Assembly: GCA_964535025.1 (NCBI GenBank)
Contig: CAZHRW010000198.1
Location: forward strand, 4,300 to 68,299
Length of the DNA stretch: 64,000 bases
Direction of reading: 5' to 3'
DNA from: an uncultured Planctomycetales bacterium
GTDB lineage: Bacteria > Planctomycetota > Phycisphaerae > SM23-33 > FEN-1343
In this document: positions 59,276 to 64,000 of the stretch, in pieces
How positions within the stretch are numbered: the first letter of the stretch is position 1
Layout of the letters: every line of letters starts with the position of its first letter
Position numbers and translations under genes: made by a program
The notes under the pieces: generated by a model
What the model saw: only the letters and a program-made list of their open reading frames with translations
Told to the model about the DNA's origin: nothing
Databases searched by the model: none

Positions 59276-62200
59276 GTGAACGATGAAACCTATGGAGCCG
59301 ACCTGAACGAACGGGCCACCTTCGCCGAGGCGCCCCGCCGCCGTCGCCGGTGGCTGCTGCCGGCGGTCGCGGTGCTCGTCGCGGCGGCGGTGGGAATCGG
59401 CGGCTGGTGGTACGCCGCCACGCCGCACTCGGCGGCCGAGCAGCTCGAGGCGGCCGCGGCGGCGAAGGCCGATTACCTCGGGCGGGCGGGGCAACTGGCG
59501 GCGGACGAGGCGGCGGCCGAGCGCGAGAAGGTGGTCGAGGCCTACAGGCGGGTCTTCACGGCCTTCGAGGCCACCGACGAGCAGGCCGCGACGGCCCATG
59601 AGCAACTCGCTCAGCTCCACGACCACGCCGGCGACACCGCCGCCGCCCGCCGGTGGTGGACGCAATTGATCGACCGCTACGGCGAGACGGCCCAGGCCCG
59701 CGACGCCTACGAGGCGCTCATCGACAGCTACCTCGCCGAGGCCAAGTCGCTGCTCGCGGCCGACCCGGACGCCGCCGGGGAACGGCTCGACCAGGCCGTC
59801 GACGTCTGCCGGGGATTCGTCGACCGTTACGGGACCGACGACCCCGACGCGCCGGCGGTGGCCATGCGCCGCTGCCGTATCCTCGACGACCTGATCGGCG
59901 AGCCCGCCGAGGCGATCCAGGCGGCGCTGGAGGACTTCGTCGCCACCTACGGCGACAGCGACCTGGTCGATGAGGCCCTCTGGCGGCTGGGCCGCCTCCA
60001 CGAGCGGATCGCCGAGCCGCGAGCGGCGGCGGCGTATTACGAACGACTCATCAACGACTACCCCGACTCGCCCTGGCTGAAGCAGGCCGAGATCGGCCGC
60101 GCCCGTGCCGTCAGCGAGTTCGACAGCGAACGGGGCGAGGCGCTCTGGCGGGAGCTGGCGGCCAAGTACGCCGACGACCCCGAGATCGAGCACGAAGCGC
60201 GGCGTGAAGCCGAGCGGCTCGAAGCGCAACAGCAGGCCGAGGCCGATCGCGAGCAGGCCGAGACGGCCCAGCGGGACGCCCGGGACTACCGCCGCCGGCG
60301 CTACGGCGGCGGCGGGGGCGCCGGCGGGGGCGGGCCCGTTGACAGCGGCTGGGGCAAGCCCATCCCGCCCAGCGAGATGCTCCGCGACTTCATCGACCAG
60401 AAGGTCGACGCCGAGCACTATCGCCTGGAGCTCACGGTCGACCCGGACGCCCACGCGCTGGAGATCACCGGTTCGGTCGTCCTGGTCAACGGCGGCCAGG
60501 CGAAGGAGGATTTCCTCCTCATGCTCGGGCCGCTGTTCGAGCCGGGCGCGTTCGCCCTGGACGGCCGTCCGGTCGAGGTCGTCCGCCCCTCGGGCAAGGC
60601 CGAGGTGATCCAGGTGCGCCTGGACGAGCCCTGGGCGGCCGGCGCGCGAGCGACGCTGACGTTCGCCTACACCGCCACCGTTGAGCCGCTCGAATGGCCC
60701 GAGACGCTCGATGAGCAACTGCTCGATCAGCTATCGGCCCGGCGTCCGGCAGGGCTCTTGGTGGCGTCCCCGGTTCCGTCAGCCCCGCAGGGGCGGCCTG
60801 ATTCTGCCGGGGGCGTCAGCCCCCGGTGTCAGGGCTTCTTCCGCGCTGAGCCCCGGAGAGGCGACCTGATGCTCCCGGGGGCGTCAGCCCCCCGGGCCAT
60901 CGCGTCAGGATGCCGCATGGGCAAACTGAAGCCCCCGCGCCCGTCGCGCGCCCACGGCCGCACGGGGGCGCGCCTGTGGGCGGCGCAGGTGTCTGACGAC
61001 GGCGACGAGACGCCGCCCGCGCCCGAGACGATCGCCGGGCTTCTGCGGAACCCGGGTCTGCAACTGCAGATCAACGACAGCGGCTACGCCCTCAGCGGGG
61101 CGGCGTGGTATCCGGTGACGATCTTCGGCGACCTGTTCACCGCCGAGATCGCCGTGACGCTGCCGGAGGATCTGACGGTCCTGTGCAGCGGCGCCGCGGC
61201 CGGCGAGCGGACCGCCGACGGCCGGCGGACGACGACGTGGCGGTGCGAAGAGCCCTATTTCGGCCTGTATTTCGCCTACGGCCCCTACGAAAGCGCCTCG
61301 CGTGACGTGGACGGCCTGACCATCAGCGTCCACTTTTTAGCCCAACGGCGGGCCGAACAGCGGGCCGAACAGCAGGCTGATCAAGCCGCTCGCATGGAGG
61401 CGTATCTTGACGTCGCCGAGGCGATCCTCACCGAGTACATTGCGCACTTCGGCCCGTTCCCGTTCGAGAAGCTGGCGATGGCGGAGGTCAAGCTGCCGCC
61501 GATCCTCGGCGGCGTCGGCCCGGCGAGCCTGACGTTCCTGCACCACGGTGTCGTCGCGGGGCGCGAGGCGGTGCCGGTCAACCTGTTGGCCCACGAGCTC
61601 AGCCACCAGTGGTGGGGCAACCAGGTGCCGATCAACCTCATCGACGAGCGCTACAGCCAGTGGCTCTCGGAGGGCTTCGCCACCTACAGCGACGCGCTGT
61701 ACACCGAATGGAGCGAGGGCGCCGGGCCGTTCCGCGAGCACATCCGCGAGCTGGGGGGGCTTTATCTGGAGCAGTCCGCCCACGTCCGCGAGGAGGCCAT
61801 CGTCGAGACCTTCATGGGCCAGAGCCCGCTGTACCGCCCGGTCGTCTACGAGAAGGGCGCCCTGGTCCTGCACGCCCTGCGCTACGTGCTCGGCGACGAG
61901 ACCTTTTTCGAGGTGCTGCGGGAGTACGTGCGGACGTATGCGTTCACGCCGTCCACGGTGGACGATTTCCGCCGCCTGGCCGCCGAGCGGGCGGGCGAGA
62001 ATCTCGACTGGTTCTTCGACGAGTGGCTCGACCGGCCGGGCTGCCCGCACATCGAGCTGGCCGACGTCACGGTCGAGCCGGGCGACGGGGAGGGCGTCTG
62101 GACGGTCGTCGTCTCACTCGCCCAGCCGGCCCACCTCAGCCGCATGCCGATCGACGTGGTGGTCCTCGGCGACGACGGCCGCGCCCGCCGCGTGCGAACG

Positions 62201-62335
62201 GCCCTGGACCGCAAGGCCCACACGGTGAAGATCGAGGTGGCGTTCCCCGTCAAGCGCGTCGTCCTCGACCCCGACGACTGGGTCCTCCGCCGCACGGCGC
62301 CGGACGAGTGGCCGCCGGACGAGGCAGCGCGGTAA
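59276..62335 (+). CDS. TPR-repeat domain fused to an M1-family zinc aminopeptidase domain
   Basis: GTG at 59276 with a GAGGGGAG ribosome-binding site (ATG at 59261 is an alternative). TM helix then TPR repeats (about 380 aa). M1 domain with HELSHQWWGN...E gluzincin motif and GAMEN-position segment KLAMAEV. Confidence 0.7.
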   Translation: MNDETYGADLNERATFAEAPRRRRRWLLPAVAVLVAAAVGIGGWWYAATPHSAAEQLEAAAAAKADYLGRAGQLAADEAAAEREKVVEAYRRVFTAFEATDEQAATAHEQLAQLHDHAGDTAAARRWWTQLIDRYGETAQARDAYEALIDSYLAEAKSLLAADPDAAGERLDQAVDVCRGFVDRYGTDDPDAPAVAMRRCRILDDLIGEPAEAIQAALEDFVATYGDSDLVDEALWRLGRLHERIAEPRAAAAYYERLINDYPDSPWLKQAEIGRARAVSEFDSERGEALWRELAAKYADDPEIEHEARREAERLEAQQQAEADREQAETAQRDARDYRRRRYGGGGGAGGGGPVDSGWGKPIPPSEMLRDFIDQKVDAEHYRLELTVDPDAHALEITGSVVLVNGGQAKEDFLLMLGPLFEPGAFALDGRPVEVVRPSGKAEVIQVRLDEPWAAGARATLTFAYTATVEPLEWPETLDEQLLDQLSARRPAGLLVASPVPSAPQGRPDSAGGVSPRCQGFFRAEPRRGDLMLPGASAPRAIASGCRMGKLKPPRPSRAHGRTGARLWAAQVSDDGDETPPAPETIAGLLRNPGLQLQINDSGYALSGAAWYPVTIFGDLFTAEIAVTLPEDLTVLCSGAAAGERTADGRRTTTWRCEEPYFGLYFAYGPYESASRDVDGLTISVHFLAQRRAEQRAEQQADQAARMEAYLDVAEAILTEYIAHFGPFPFEKLAMAEVKLPPILGGVGPASLTFLHHGVVAGREAVPVNLLAHELSHQWWGNQVPINLIDERYSQWLSEGFATYSDALYTEWSEGAGPFREHIRELGGLYLEQSAHVREEAIVETFMGQSPLYRPVVYEKGALVLHALRYVLGDETFFEVLREYVRTYAFTPSTVDDFRRLAAERAGENLDWFFDEWLDRPGCPHIELADVTVEPGDGEGVWTVVVSLAQPAHLSRMPIDVVVLGDDGRARRVRTALDRKAHTVKIEVAFPVKRVVLDPDDWVLRRTAPDEWPPDEAAR

Positions 62336-62415
62336 GGGGACACGCATGCACGACCACATGACAACGCGTGGAACGTTGTCCGAGGGAGGCTTGTGATGAA
62401 CCTGGAGAATCCAGC

Positions 62416-64000
62416 ATGATGGACGAAGGCCAGGAGTTGGATCGGAAATCCATCCGTTGCGTGCTGGGCAAGAAGCAGGATGTGTCTGCGCTGGCGGCGG
62501 ATTGCGTCGGCTTCGCCAATGGAACGGGTGGCGTGATCCAGGTCGGCATCGAAGATGGTGATGATTTGCCGCCGGTCGGACAGACAGTGGATTCAGGGCT
62601 GGCCGAACAACTGCGCAAGCGCATCTCTCAGGTCACGGTGAACGTGGCTGTGGTGACCTCAATAGAAACGGCTTCGAATGGAGCCCAGTATGTGGAGATT
62701 CGCGTACACGGTAACCAACAGAGCGTGGCATCGACGTCTGATGGTCGTTTCTTCATTCGGGTGTCGGATGAAACCCAGCCGATCCGGGGTGATGACTTGA
62801 CGCGTCTAATGGCGGACCGCGGCTCGTTCATGTGGGAATTGCAGCCGCTCCGTCGTCTGCCGGTGGGAAGTCATGATTCAGAGAAAGCGCATGCGTTTTG
62901 CGATCAGATCCGGGCATCCGATCGGGTGACCGAGTTCGTGAAGCAGAAGTCGGATATCGAGCTTCTGGAACACTACTTCATGGTTCGTAATGGCGTGCTT
63001 ACGCAATTGGGCGTGCTGTGGATCGGCCGGCGCGAAGATCGTGCGGCGTTGCTGTATGCTCCGTCGCTCCAATGCGTCAAGTATGACGAACAAAGCCGAA
63101 AGGTTCGTAAGCAGACGTGGGACGATTACGCCTTGAACCCCATGGAGATGATCTCCGCAGTCTGGAACGATGTTCCGGAATGGCGCGAGAGCTACGAGAT
63201 GCCCGCAGGCCTCTTCCGCACGACCGTTCCACACTATGAAGAGGTCGTCGTTCGCGAGTTGCTCGCCAATGCGCTGGTCCATCGGCCCTATACGCAGCGA
63301 GGCGACGTTTTCGTTAATCTATTTCCGGATCGAATGGAAGTTCACAATCCGGGTCTTCTGCCAGTGGGCGTCACGCCTCGGAACATTCTGCATGTGACTA
63401 GTCAAAGGAATCCACATCTTGCGAAGGTCTTCTATGACCTGAAACTGATGGAACGGGAAGGTAGTGGGTTCGACCGGATGTACGAGGCGCTGGTCACAAC
63501 GGGACGGCCCGTGCCGGATGTAAAGGAAGGTGATGATCGCGTTGTGATTACCGTTCGCAAGCAGATGCTGAAGCCCGAGATCGTGGACTTCATGGCCAAG
63601 GTGGACCAGACGTTCCAACCCACACAGAGGGAACTCATCTGTCTGGGCTTGGTGGCCCAACACGGCGCGGTTACCGCACTCGACCTGGAGAAAGAACTTG
63701 CGCTGCGAAATGCGCAGGAGTTGAAGCACTGGCTGGGTCACCTGCGCGATTGGGCCTTGGTCAGCACCCGAGGCAAGACGAAGGGTATGGAGTATTTCGT
63801 TGAGCCCGCCGTGCTCCGGAAATTGGAGTTCAAGGGCACCACGACACTGCGTGGCATCGAGAAACATCGCCTGCAGGAGCTGATCCTGCAGGATCTGAGC
63901 ATCTATCGCGAGGGAGCGATCAGTGAGATTCATGAACGAATAGGCGCGGAAATCGCCCGCCGGAAGGTCCAACGTGCCTTGGCCGACTTGGTGATCGATG
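62416..64000 (+). CDS. AlbA_2 (Schlafen-like) DNA-binding domain plus HATPase_c_4 domain protein (RecG-C-terminal-like transcriptional-regulator ATPase family), 3' partial
   Basis: Hand translation from ATGATGGAC: MMDEGQELDRKSIRCVLGKKQDVSALAADCVGFANGTGGVIQVGIEDG... (AlbA_2-type N-terminus). Then ..RELLANALVHRPY..NPG.L..G.....L..TSQRNPHLAKVFYDLKLMEREGSGFDRMY (HATPase_c_4-type). Open to the window end, which is why it is absent from the complete-ORF track. Confidence 0.6.
   Translation, partial: MMDEGQELDRKSIRCVLGKKQDVSALAADCVGFANGTGGVIQVGIEDGDDLPPVGQTVDSGLAEQLRKRISQVTVNVAVVTSIETASNGAQYVEIRVHGNQQSVASTSDGRFFIRVSDETQPIRGDDLTRLMADRGSFMWELQPLRRLPVGSHDSEKAHAFCDQIRASDRVTEFVKQKSDIELLEHYFMVRNGVLTQLGVLWIGRREDRAALLYAPSLQCVKYDEQSRKVRKQTWDDYALNPMEMISAVWNDVPEWRESYEMPAGLFRTTVPHYEEVVVRELLANALVHRPYTQRGDVFVNLFPDRMEVHNPGLLPVGVTPRNILHVTSQRNPHLAKVFYDLKLMEREGSGFDRMYEALVTTGRPVPDVKEGDDRVVITVRKQMLKPEIVDFMAKVDQTFQPTQRELICLGLVAQHGAVTALDLEKELALRNAQELKHWLGHLRDWALVSTRGKTKGMEYFVEPAVLRKLEFKGTTTLRGIEKHRLQELILQDLSIYREGAISEIHERIGAEIARRKVQRALADLVID

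Noticed and set aside
62878-63972. Minus-strand ORFs 62878..63282 and 63319..63972
   Set aside because: Antisense to the plus-strand AlbA_2/HATPase_c_4 gene, which has clear family motifs.

Overview
This is a high-GC (about 70%) bacterial chromosomal segment with dense, mostly non-overlapping coding. Dockerin-type repeats, many glycoside hydrolases, several Arg/Ala-rich TPR proteins and GGAGG-type ribosome-binding sites suggest a Planctomycetota-like organism; that is inference only. All identifications below come from reading motifs in the translated ORFs and the DNA. No database search was run.

Gene content, start to end:
- A 5'-truncated YyaL/DUF255 thioredoxin-family gene.
- A secreted glycosidase-like protein with a C-terminal dockerin tandem.
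- A Gfo/Idh/MocA oxidoreductase.
- An NfnAB/SudBA-like pair (PyrK-like FAD/2Fe-2S subunit plus GltD-like subunit) with a flavin reductase.
- A complete minus-strand chemotaxis operon, cheA-cheW-cheR-cheD-cheY-cheX-cheB.
- A metal cluster: bacterial metallothionein-like gene, ferritin-like protein, DtxR-family repressor, feoA, feoB, with a 16-bp palindromic operator candidate.
- A glycan block: GH38 alpha-mannosidase, ROK kinase, nucleoside hydrolase, GH2, MFS (OFA) transporter.
- An acetate/acetyl-CoA module: AMP-forming acs transcribed divergently from acuC-like deacetylase, ADP-forming acyl-CoA synthetase, and an acetyl-CoA hydrolase/transferase fused to a GNAT. The intergenic region holds a perfect TGTGA-N6-TCACA site and twin TCGCAA-N2-TTGCGA palindromes.
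- A sigma-54 enhancer-binding protein transcribed divergently from a rubredoxin gene that carries a perfect TGGCAC-N5-TTGC promoter.
- Housekeeping runs: cmk-plsC-ispH, then gluQ-like, dapL, folK, a deoxynucleoside kinase, panC, panD and lgt.
- Several TPR/HEAT proteins, one fused to an M1 aminopeptidase.
- tRNA-Ser(GGA) and tRNA-Pro(GGG).
- A hicB-hicA toxin-antitoxin pair whose 58-aa toxin is below the ORF-track cutoff.
- A 3' partial AlbA_2/HATPase_c_4 (Schlafen-like) ATPase gene in a terminal stretch whose GC content drops sharply.

Three copies of an AT-rich composite hairpin repeat sit in intergenic positions. No CRISPR array, transposase, integrase or rRNA gene was seen.
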